This document shows positions 46,990 through 59,215 of a stretch of DNA of 64,000 nt, piece after piece. Under the pieces are notes generated by a model. The model ran no database searches, was not told the DNA's origin, and saw nothing but the letters and a program-made list of their open reading frames with translations. The stretch covers positions 1,752,907 to 1,816,906 of the forward strand of contig CAVNZM010000001.1 of NCBI GenBank assembly GCA_963693365.1, read 5' to 3'. Origin of the DNA: Amoebidium appalachense (Eukaryota; Protista; Ichthyosporea). A program made the translations under genes and the position numbers. Each line of letters begins with the position of its first letter. Position 1 is the stretch's first letter.

Positions 46990-47924
46990 TGTTATAATAC
47001 GTAGTATTTACATATTGTAAGATCTTCTCAGTTCGTGTTATGTTTTCATTCATTTACTTAATGAAAAAGATGTGCTCCTTGTACGTAAATTATGACATCG
47101 ATCTCCAGTGTATTTGAGTACTTGTAATCGTGTTGTGTCGGCTATATTCGTGTGTTTAGATATCGATTACAGCAACTGATTATAGGTACACGAGTCTACC
47201 CAGTGAGGGAGACACGTGTACATGTTATGTGTACATGAATATCGTCGGTTATAACTGTGTTTTGCTGTTCGTGTTTTCTGTCCTGCTTTCTTTTCTTTTT
47301 CCTCTTTCTTCGTCTTTTCTTTTCTCTTTCTTTCTTCTCTTGTTTCCTTTCATTTAATTATATTTCTCTCTCACTAATATACGTTGAGTAGATTTATATT
47401 ACTCGTTATGTTTTGATTGGTAGAAAAACACTTAGGTTACACTTTAGCTTGTCAGGTATGATTCATAGCTTAGTCAACCACTTTTGTTTTGTGTGTTGCC
47501 GTACTATATCCAATCAGTGGACTTAGTCAGAAAATGTCTGAGTCTTTGTAGCCGATGATAGGTTAGAAACACCACCTCTTTCCTCGTTACTCTTCACCTC
47601 TTTTCTTTCTTATAGCTGTGACCTATGGTGTGTGTTCCCGCGTCTCCGGATCTATCCGGGAAATAATCAGTTAATTATGATTGGTTATTTTAGACATAGA
47701 TCTGATTTCCGACTGGTCGGAAATCATGTATGGATTTAACTTAAGGGAATTTCAGGTATTTATTAGCGATCAAAATAAATTGAGTTCAGTCGTGTCTAAA
47801 CATTGATGTCTGTTGTGTACACTGCTCCGATCGTTCCGTGTTTTGTTGTTGTGTGTGTCTGTGGTGTTTTCACACTGCACCACTGTGTCTCTGCTTACAT
47901 CCTAAATACTTATAGAATTTAACA
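46990..47924 (+). repeat. 3' LTR (type A, 935 bp)
   Basis: Near-identical to the 5' LTR and preceded by the PPT. Confidence 0.95.
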
Positions 47925-48306
47925 GGTTATGCAGCCCTTTTGCACGCTCCCTACACACATCTAGAACTCGCGCTCGTTTTTCAATCATGGATCCAAACAA
48001 AACTGGCGTAAACAAAATCACCATGTGGAAAGGTGAAGGGAAGACTGGTCCCGATAGCAAAACTACCTATTTTCAATGGGAAATCATTTTTCTCGGCATG
48101 ATGACCGGCACTAAAGGTGTCCGACTCGTGGATGTTGTCCTTGCTGACAACTACGTCCCCCCTACCACCGTCGCGGTTGACGGTGAACCCCCCTTCTATG
48201 GCTACGGCACTACCGCGGAACTCAAAGAGGCCCGCAATTGCCTCCTGCTCCATATGATACAGAACATCGACCCTTCCGTCCTCACCACCGTTGCCCAGTA
48301 CCGTAT
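47925..48306 (+). mobile_element. Tandem second PBS + leader + truncated gag (first ~106 codons)
   Basis: Matches 42107-42488, then breaks off at ...taccgtat|gaggtg into host sequence. Confidence 0.92.
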
Positions 48307-49226
48307 GAGGTGAATTCCTGTGCCTTCGAACATTGTCTAAAACTCTAAACAGGGTAAAGGGGAGGCATGCAAGAGAGGGGGCAATGAGGGACAAGGCTAG
48401 GAAGATAACTCGGGATGACAACTGGGTAAGCAAAAAACCCTCCCCCGCAGGGAAGGGGGAGGGGGGAGTTGGGCGGGGCAGATGGGAGTGCAAGACTTAG
48501 TGTGGTTGTCGGGGTGTGTGAGTGGTGGGGATGGTGGGAGTGGGAAGCAAAGGGAGGGGGAAGGGGGGGGAGGGGGGGGGGGGGGGGGAGGTTGAGGAAG
48601 CACAATATTGCTAATAGAAGCTCTAAGCGGAACCGACAAAGAGTTTAGTTCAATGTCCACATCGTTCTCAATAAGGATCGACAGCTAGCCACTGCCGAAA
48701 AGCGGAAAACAAGAGGACAAAAGGCACACACCAGCCGCCGGTTTGCGGGGATGCAGGAGCCACGTTTGCATCAGTGGTGCTGGCCGTGGAGGTGAAGCCT
48801 TTGATGCGGAACGACAGCCGCTTGCTGAGCGACCGCTGCAGCTGCTGCCTGGGGCTGTAAGAGGCACTGTTTATGAGCACATGTTGGGTACATACAGGTG
48901 CAGGGAGATATGCTCAGGGGTGGTGGTGAAAGAGATTAAAAAGGAGAAGTAAGGGTAGATGGCCAGGGGGTGGGGGGAGGGGGACGAGGGCGTATACGAT
49001 AAACGATACCGTTATGGCATGGTATGTGTGAGAGGAGGGGAAGATCGGGTCTGGACAGAACCATTACGCTTGCGTTGTTCGGATAACAAATGTGAAAGTA
49101 GTCATACGGGAAAGAACCCAGACTTTGGTGAGCGGGGCAATGAAAAGATCTAACCGGAGTGGCAGTAAGGGGTTCGGAGGAAGAGGCAAGAAAAATGACT
49201 CCATTCTCTTGGTCTTCTTTTTATGT

Positions 49227-49258
<32 letters not shown>

Positions 49259-50540
49259 CCCCCCCCTCCCTCTCTCTCTTTCCCCCCCCCCCCCCCCCTC
49301 TCTTTTTTTTTTTGAGGTGTGTGTGTGTGTGTGTGCGCGCGTGCGCGCGCGCGCGTGTGTGTGTGTGTTTGGTCTCTTTTGTGTCGGAATGAGGGGAGAG
49401 GGTGGGAAAAGGAGCATATGACAAAGAGATATAAGTATCTCTACCTGTCCAGAGCAGGTTCAGCAGTAGCAGTCCCAGGTTTTGGAGACGGCGACTGGGC
49501 CACTGCACTGACATTGGCTGGAATGGGGGATTTCGCTGGCTCTTGGGAGAGGACACTGTATGGGGGCACCGACCTTAGAAAATGTTGATCATAATCTGCA
49601 AGCTTGTACTTGGATAGAGTCTAGCAAATTTAATGATTATATAGCACCAGACCCAATCGCACAGAAAACGATACCCCCCCCCCCCCCCCCCCCCCCCAAA
49701 AACCCTCTCCCCTCAAAATCCCTGCACACCTTTCTCCTTCCACGTCTTCCCAGCAGCCCCACATTAACAAGTTTGAAAACCCAGTCAGAAGGGGTGCAGA
49801 GTTGCCGGTCCTGAAGGTCGTAAATAAAGGTGCAGAAGAAAAGAAAATCAAAAACGTGCGACCTACTAGTTCAAGGTCGTTAGTGTGTACTCGTACGCAT
49901 CTCATGCACCCAACCAGGTGTATAAACCAATCATAGATTGTGAGCGTTCCCAGTTTACCCGACAGTAATGGTGTGACCACGTTCGCGCCTGGGCCTAACA
50001 AGTGGCGAGTTGGGTGCCGAAACAACCACACCGCCAGCATGTGGGACAGGTGGGGGAGGGTCGACCGGATGCCCAATATCTCCAATCTCAGCCCGAGGTT
50101 TAATCTGGAACGAGGAGACACGGCGGGAGACTACAGGGCTCGTTGGTGCCGAAGCAGCTCCCGCGCGTTGAATGGGTTTGGGTGGAGGTGTGCATGTGTC
50201 TGGGGACATCATGTTTTTGATGTGGCTGAGCTTGGTCTGGCTGTCTTCCTCCACTGCGCGTTTGACGTCGAGCTCATACTGGGCTGGTTGGTTGCGCTTG
50301 CGGGCACCCAGGAGGAAGTAGGTGGCTGTGACAGCGTCGTAGGTGCTGCTGTGGAGCGACTTTTCGATTTCTTCCTTGGTGAACCTGTGGGAGCATAGTT
50401 TAGTAAGGTTGGCATATGGGCGTTGATAGCTCTGAGCTATAACTATTCCCATAACATAAAACAGGGACCGGGGCTGATGCCAATATAGTATCGAGTGGGA
50501 GGAAGGGCAGGTGCACATAGGTATGTCTTCGTAGACTGAG

Positions 50541-50584
<44 letters not shown>

Positions 50585-51397
50585 TGTGAATGTGTGTTTG
50601 TTTAAGTGTGCATTTGCTTATGTGTGCATTTGTTTGTGTTTGTTTATGTGTGTGTGCTTGCGCGTGCGCGCGCACGCGCGCGTGTGCTTGTGCTTGTGTG
50701 TGCATATGCGTGTGCGTGTGTGTGTGTGTGTGTGTGCTTGTGCGCGCACGCATGTGATTGTGAGCATTTGTAGTTTTGATACGATGAGCATACAGTAGCA
50801 GCTTTGCCGATTATACCTGTATGCACTTCCAAGAAAATGCTGACAATAACAGCAACCCAACGAAACACCGATTACATCACCTAATACAAACACCTTTGCG
50901 TGGTCAAAACATGCTGCATCAACCCATGAAAACATCTGCATGTGTACTCAATATACAAAGAAACATGATGCATGCACGTACCCCATGGACTTCATGACCA
51001 TGTATCGTTCCTCATCACACAGGTCCGTGTCTGCGTCCACCGACTCCAGATAGGGTGTGAGGGGACCCTCTGTGCAGCCAGTGCTCATCCACTTGTCTTG
51101 CATTACGTCCATGATCGTGGGCCGCTTCTTGGGGTCCGTCTGCAGGAACCGCATGAGGAATAGCTGCGTTTCTGCGGTAAAAGCATAGGCGGAGGTGTTA
51201 GTTTTGTGGAAATGTGGGGAGGAAGATGTCTTATTATTATTTTTTTTTTTTAGGGGCGGGCCCAGAGGGGGGGGGGGGGGGGGGGGAGGGGAGAGGGGGA
51301 GCGGGGAAAGGGGGAGGCGGAGGGGGGAGGGATGGGGAGAAGGGGAGAGGGGGGGGAGGTTGGGGGGTTGGTTTTCAAGGTTTTTTTTTTTTTCTTT

Positions 51398-51444
<47 letters not shown>

Positions 51445-52264
51445 GGTGGGGGGGGAGGGGGGGGGGGGGGGGAAGGGGGCTTGGTGGTGGCAGGACAGGG
51501 TGGGTAATTGGTTTAATGGGCGGGAATAGGGGAAGAGATAAGCTGAACACGGCAATGATCCATGTCGCATTGGTGATGGTATGGCGAGGGAAGGGAAGGG
51601 AAGGGAAGGGAGCTTGGAGGGGAAGGGGGGGGAGGGGGGTGGAGGGGAGAGGGGGAGCGGGGAAGGGGGGGTAGGGGTGGGGGGGGGGGGGGGGGTGGAG
51701 AGGAGGGGGGGAAATACCGTTTCACACGAAGTAGGGCACCTGGTACTTGCCACGGATGACTCTCTCCCGCAGCTCCTTGAGGTCACTACCATCAAACGGG
51801 AGACCCCCACTCACCAACCTGAAGAGGAGGAGGTGGTTGGATGTGCTATTTAGACTGCCGACGATGTGAGAACATCAAGAGCAATACATGCACATGCTAA
51901 TTGAATCTCAGAAGACATGGGGAATGACCCCTCGTTTAAACATACCCCCCCCCCCCCCCCTCCCCCTCCCCTCCCCCCCCCCCCCCCTCCCCCGCCTCCT
52001 CCCCGTCGTGTACACAAACCCCATTCCCATGACCACCATCACATCCACAGACATACTTTTTTCTTTGCAACAAACACTATGATTCAAACCCGTTTAAACG
52101 TGCCCTGTTAATATATTCATTGCTCGAGCACTTTTGTGGTGACTTGGAACAGGAGATGGATGGTCTGGCCTCAACTATGGAAGTGTGAGCGTAAAATGAT
52201 GAGAGAGGCACAGATAAAAACTCTCTAGAACACAAGGGGTCGGGCGCTTCGTTTTTTTTTTTTT

Positions 52265-52307
<43 letters not shown>

Positions 52308-52355
52308 CGGGTGGGTGGATGGGTGATGGGGGGGAAGGGGACAGAACGGGAATTA

Positions 52356-52508
<153 letters not shown>

Positions 52509-54747
52509 TCACTGTTTCCTCCTAAACCAAACCCACGCGGCACATTAAGAATAAAACAGGAAGGACACGTAACAAACCTAAAATGTACAAACAAAACGGG
52601 AACGGCGCAACTAACTTCGAAGTGTCAAAGTGTCAATGATGGTGCAACATCAAGCAAAAGGCTGGAAGTGTGAAAAACTTACCTGTGGGCGTATATCCTC
52701 AGAGGCGTGGGGAGAATGGTGGTGGTGGTTGTGGTGGTGGTTTTTCTTTCCTCCTTTTTTTCATTTCTATTCTTATTCTATTTTTTTTTCCTTTCTTTTT
52801 TTTTGTTTTGTTGGTGGTGGTGGTGGTGGTGGTGGTGGTGGTGGTGGGGGGGGGGGGGGGGGGGGGGGGGGGGAGGCTGAGGGAGAAAAGAGCAATAGAT
52901 GCCTGACTACAAAGCCACAATGTATTGATATATATCTATTACCCAGAGACAATAAGAGGGACGTCCGGCACGTGGTGGGTGGGTGGGTGGACCCGTGGCC
53001 GTGTGGTTTGATTTTTGGGGAGGGGAGAACGGAGGGGAGGGGGGGGGGGGGGGGGGGGGAGGGGGGGGGGGGGGGGAGGAGGAGAAGGAGGAGGTGGTGG
53101 TGGTCATTGGGGGGGAAGGGGGGGGGGGGGGGGGGGGGGAGAAACAAAAAAATGCACACCTGCCACAGAAGGTCTGCAGAGTACCCCCGGGCACATAGTT
53201 GTTGCTGAAGCCAAAATCGGCAATCTTGATGTTCATGCTGTCGTCCATCAGCAGGTTCTCGGCCTGTGTGAGGGCATGCATCAGCACTGTTAGGCCTATG
53301 AACAGCCCTTTGTTGGTTCGGTACGTGGGGATACTTTCAGTATGGACATTGCCTATTGCTTAGCATGTGGGTATGCTGGCAATGTGTGGCCTGTGGTTTG
53401 CTAAGCAGGTGTGCTGGTCATGTGCACATTCATAGCTACGTCTTGGTATGTGGGTACCCTGGCAATTTGAATACGGTCTTTGATCCGGCATGCAGGTACA
53501 CTGGCCTTTTGCGCATTCACTTCAGCTTACAATGCAGGTATACTAGTACTATAGTTATTTGCACATTGCCTATGGTTCGATATGTGAGTATGCTGGCCAC
53601 GAAACAAGAGGAGGGGGAGGGATGGGAGGTAAAAGGTATAATACCTTTAGGTCGCGGTGGATGACGTGCTTAGCGTGGCAGTACTGCATGGCTGAGATAA
53701 TTCGGCGGAAGACCCTGCGGGCGTCCTTGTCCTTCATGCGGCCGTGGGCCACCAGGTAGTCGAACAGCTCCCCCCGCTGCAGTACTCCATCACCAGGTAC
53801 AGGATCTGCATGCACATTGGTCTTAGCCTGGGGGCCAGAACACAACAATATGGAGAAGGCAGCGGAAGCCGGAAGGGAGGGAGAGGAGGGGGGGGAGAAG
53901 GAGGAGCGGTGGGGAGGGGGGGGGAGGGGGGGGGGATATTATGGACCGATTCTGTGGAGCCCAAGGGAGGAGACGAGAAAAAACACCGAAGATGTGTTGG
54001 CAAGCCAAGTACTACAACACAAAATCGGTCTGCATCGTTACCTTTGGCCTGAGGATCACAAGGAGTCATGGTCAGAGCTGCCTTATCGAGAATGCGCTGT
54101 ACAAATGAGAGTACAAACAAGGGTGGACACATACTTGGTGAGTGTTAATTTACACTAAACGAACAGGCTACCATATTATGCACTTTCACATCTGTGGTTT
54201 CTATCATCCCCGCCTCCATCCCCTCCCTCCCCCCCCCCCCCCCCCCCCCCCGCCCCTCCCCCCACCCCCGCCCCTTCCCTCCCTCCCCATCCCCGTCCCC
54301 CCCCCCCCCCTTCCCCCCCCCCCCCCCTTCCCCCTCTCCTTCCTCTCTCCCCCCAAGGTCCCACAGGGATACTTAAAACAAACACAAGCAACCACATACA
54401 AAACACGGCACAAGGTATCAGGTAGCGGCACCTTTGGGGTGTCGATGACCTCGTACAGCTTGACTATGTTGGGGTGGTCCAGCAGCTTCATGATGCGCAC
54501 CTCCCGGAACAGCTTGCTCAGCACCGTGGCCGACAGCTGCGACTTGTCGATGATCTTGATCGCCACCTGCGAGGCAGAAACAGTTGCAAATGTGTGAATG
54601 ATGATTGAAAATGTGTGGTTTGTGTAGAAGAGTTTGGAAAAAAACAGAGACCACGTATGCTTCTATGTGGCATGATCAGGTGAGAATGGAACACGAGCTG
54701 TTCTTGAAAGCTTATACATGTTCTCTAGTTTTTTCAAAAGTTTCAAA

Positions 54748-54785
<38 letters not shown>

Positions 54786-55115
54786 TTCCCCCTCCTCCTA
54801 AAAGAACTCCACAAATAACGGTTTTCATAATTATACCGAATGCCCTTAGATTGATGGGTAAGTGGTTGCAGGGAAGTGCCGCGGGGGCAAGCTAGGGGGG
54901 GGGAGGGCAAGGGCCGTGAGAGGGGGGAGGGGGGGGGGGGGGGGGGAGAGGGGAAGTGGGGTCTATAGTGATGGAAAGGGGAGAACTGGAAGATGGTGGT
55001 GTCGCTTGTGAATTGACGGTCGTGGTTGGGGAAGGGGGGTTTGGAAGGGGGCACCATCAGAGGGCTTTGTGTATTAGGGTATTTGAGTGAGTAGGTTTGC
55101 GGGGAGAGGAGGTCA

Positions 55116-55147
<32 letters not shown>

Positions 55148-55547
55148 AGGGGGGCAAGGGGGGGGAGGGAGGTGAGATGAGGAGGAGGGGGCAGAGATCT
55201 AACCTCTTCACCAGTCAGCACGTGTTCGGCAAGTTTAACCTTTGCAAAGTTTCCTTGCCCGAGTGTTTTGCCCAGCCGGTAGTGGCCAATCATCTGAGCC
55301 TGGTTGCTTGCTACGGGGAGAGGGCTTGAGGGGCCGAGCGATGACAGCCGCCGCGGGAGAGTTTTGGGCTGTGTGATCAAATGGAGTGGATTAGATTATT
55401 TAGAAGTCAACTGCAATGCTACACCTAAAAAGTGGCACGATGCGACTGAAGTGTACAGCACTTCGCTTTTGGGTTATTCACTAATTGTTGTAATTAGAGT
55501 GCACGACCAACTTGTTCAACCGTTTTTTGTGTTTGTGTGTTGGTGTG

Positions 55548-55592
<45 letters not shown>

Positions 55593-55693
55593 GTGTGTGT
55601 GTGTGTGCGCGCGCGTGCACGCGTGATGACGAGTGTGTGAACAAACCTCCTTAGAGTCTGTCTATGTGTGGTGACTACGCGGTGACTATCTAG

Positions 55694-55755
<62 letters not shown>

Positions 55756-57091
55756 TGTGTGTTCCCGTGCATGCACGTGCACATGTTTGCAAACGCGTAT
55801 GTATGTGTTGATTTGGGTGCCGCGGGATGTGTGGCATAGACGTGAACCAGAATGCTCGTGTGCACTTATGTGTGTGTGAGTGTGTTTAGAATATGCAGTT
55901 TCAGAAGATCTTTTACCATGGAGTGTGTTGGTTTCCGTGTGTATAGTGTATATTTGTGGTGCCGTTAAGGTGTGCAAATAGGTTTTCGTGACAATATGCA
56001 TATGTCTGTTTTGGCACAAGCATCAAGTTACCTCCTGACAACATGTATTATGCCTAAAGCTTGGTTGTTTCGGGGTACATGTGTGTGGGTGTGGATGTGT
56101 GTGTGCGCTGATGTCACTTTATAAGTTGACGTGAACGATATATCAGAGTTCTCTCACCAGGAATTATTATCGGAAATTCTAAATCCCTCTTTGTCTGGTA
56201 TCTGCAATCATCAAGGACGTTGTGTCTTTAGCTTGTCTATTCTATCTCCACTTTTTTGGTCTGAAAATACAACCGGGAAAAAAAATATACAACTACTGCA
56301 CAGGTTACATTAATGTTTAAATGACGAGCAGTGTGCATTGTTACTTTACCGACTTTCCCTGTGCTTGTCCTAAAGTTTATGCAAAAGATGGTTTGCGTTT
56401 TCGTGCATCTCATCATTCTGGATTGACTACCAAGGGCGCAAACTTGGCAAAAACAGTGAAATACAAGGGCACTTATTTTTTCAAAAACCACGCCCACAGC
56501 TTGTTTTTTTATTTCTGGTTCTAGCCAACTCTGGAAAACGTCAACAACAATGTTAGTGTAGGTTCACCAAAGGGCTCTTACCGAAGAGCAGCTGGTGGAC
56601 AGGGTGGAACTGGAGCTTAAAGCAACACCTGGTTGACCACCGGAGATAGAGTTCCGTTTGGAGCCAAATGGGGAAGCGTTTGAAGTCGAGTGCATAACCT
56701 CAGCTACTGCCTCAACAAACGAGTCTCCTTCTGGCTCCCCCATTATAATCCGGCAATATGTGCTTGAATCTGGAAGAAAACACTGAAAATTTTCTTGTGC
56801 TCAGACCGCGCGGCCGTTACACACAACCCGGCATAGATATACTCCTTTTTCCGTTTTTGAGTATCAACGTTATCAAAGTCGAGGTAGGCCTCACAAGAAA
56901 GCGTGACTGGCAGTTGACACACACACACAAAAAAGGCTCCCCTTCGATTCAAGGGCAGTCTCCCTATGTTTTCTTTCAGACTGGAAATGATGTCTTTTCT
57001 CACTTGCACCGTGCTACTTGTTTGTGCCACTTGGTTGAAAAAAAAGAGCAAACTTTTGCCTATTTGCCCTCTAAATAAACATAGAAAAGAA

Positions 57092-57172
57092 AAACGTGAA
57101 ACGTGCGAAACGAGAAACCTGTTGACGTGATCGAAACGTGACACGTGAAACGTGAAACGTGAAACGAGAAAA
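57092..57172. repeat. Cluster of (CGTGAAA)-like heptamer repeats upstream of MARK
   Basis: aaacgtgaaacgtgcgaaacgagaaa...cacgtgaaacgtgaaacgtgaaacgagaaa. Confidence 0.7.
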
Positions 57173-57865
57173 TGGAAGTCTGACACACACAAACGACCGG
57201 GCAAATGAGGCTCCGATTCCCACGGTATCACGTTTTTCGATTCGTGGTGTTTCATGAGAACACGCAGTTTTTGTGCCCACTATGGCGACATATGTCTGAC
57301 CTTCTTACATACTTATGTCGTGTTGTAGGGCTTGTTGCACGTACATGTACAAGGTGGACTGGCCGCCTTAGTCTTGTAACTCTTGTTGACGCCATCCACC
57401 CAATCGAGTCTTTGATTGGTTGCTTTTTCTCATCGGGAGGTTCCCCACGATTGGCTTAAACGGCACCGCTGCTGCTCATGGATCATTTGAGGCGTCTTCA
57501 AAGTTGACGTATTTTTATTAAAGAGAAGCATTTCATATACAATATTGGAATGAAAAATAATGGATAAACCAACAGCTTTAATCCACACACATTTTCTATT
57601 TGCTCAAACAGCTGTGAATCCGAGCATTTTTTGCCTTGAGGGCATCCGCGGCCCGGGGAATACTGCGCGCACATTCCTGCGATAACTGTGACTCTGCTGA
57701 TTGGATAACATAAAATTCTTTCATGCGTTTGATTGGCAGGTTTTCGATACCCGCTTGTCCAATCCGCTACACTTGGGCTCAAGTCGGCGCCGCGCGGCCG
57801 GCACGCATACGCAAAAAACACGTGCCAGTGTGTAGCACGCACAACACACAAACACGCCCACCCCA

Positions 57866-58790
57866 TGTTAATTTCTATAAGTATTTGGGATGTAAGCAGA
57901 GACACAGTGGTGCAGTGTGAAAACACCACAGACACACACAACAACAAAACACGGAACGATCGGAGCAGTGTACACAACAGACATCAATGTTTAGACACGA
58001 CTGAACTGAATTTATTCTGATCTTCGAATAAATACCTGAAATTCCTCTAAGTCCAATCCATACATGATTTCCGACCAGTCGGAAATCAGATCCATCTCTA
58101 ATAGAAACCAATCACTAAGAACCAATTGCTTTCAGAGAGATCCGGTACGCGGAGGCGTACACGATAGGACACAGACACTAGTTAGGATCAACTCGTGTCA
58201 TCATCAAGGAAGTTCTAACCTATGACATACTGCAAAGACTCAGACATATCACACTTAACCTTGATGATTGGTTAAAGCCCGGCAACACATGAAAACTAAA
58301 GTGAATTAATGAAGTCTAAACACACATGCTATTCTAAGTGTAGCCTAAGTGTGTTACCGTCCAATGAACACGTATTAAGTAACACAAATCTACCTAACAT
58401 ATATTAGTAGAAAAGAAATACGATTATACACATGAAGACAAGGAGAGAAAGAAAAGAAAATAAGGAAGGAGAAAGAGGAAGGAAAAGAGAGCACAGATCA
58501 ACAAACAAGATAGTAATAGCATAACTATAACCAGAGATATTTATGTACACACGAACATGTACACGTCTCTCCCTGAGTGGGTGGATCCGTGTACACACAT
58601 ATAAATATTCTAATCGATATTACAATACACGATTAAAGCCGATACAACACGATTACAAGTATACAAGCATATCGGAGATCGATGCTACACTTTACATAAT
58701 AGGAGTGTGGCATTTACACTAAGCATATGAACTGAAACATAACACAAACTGAGAAGATCTTACCATATGTAAATACTACGTATTACAACA
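57866..58790 (-). repeat. LTR type B (925 bp)
   Basis: Appears identical to the reverse complement of 61282-62206. Confidence 0.93.
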
Positions 58791-59215
58791 TCCCCACTTA
58801 AGACTTTGAAGTTTGTGTTATCATATCCCCACTGAACTAGTGAAATCTCCCCACTTGAGAACAGAAACGGAAAAAAAAAAAAATTAAAGTGTGTACTTTT
58901 CCGGGGGGGGGGGGGGGGGGGGGGAGAAGGGGGGAGGGGGGAGGGGGGGGGGGAAGGGGGGGGGAAGGGGGGGGGGAAGGGGGGGGGGAGGGGGGGAAGG
59001 AACCGGGGCAAAAACAACGAATATATATAACGTGTATAGGCGGTGTTTGATTAACTGGGTTTTAAACCAGTGAAAGATAGAGTAGAGTGATGGTACAGGT
59101 CAAACCTTATATATAAACCCTAAGTGGGCATACCCACAAAGGCAATACATATGATATAATGATGTTGATAAAGTAAGTAGTACACATGAGAAAATCACTC
59201 TTGAAGTAGGTCGGG

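Larger units (their letters stand above)
41172..47924 (+). mobile_element. Full-length Ty1/copia LTR retrotransposon (LTR type A)
   Basis: 935-bp TG...CA LTRs, PBS, gag-PR-IN-RT-RNaseH order, and PPT-like aagttggga before the 3' LTR. Confidence 0.97.

Noticed and set aside
53770-53775. MARK frameshift as proof of pseudogenisation
   Set aside because: It is a 1-base shortfall in a G run (SGGE needs 7, 6 are present). Given the other homopolymer errors in this window, it is not reliable evidence on its own.
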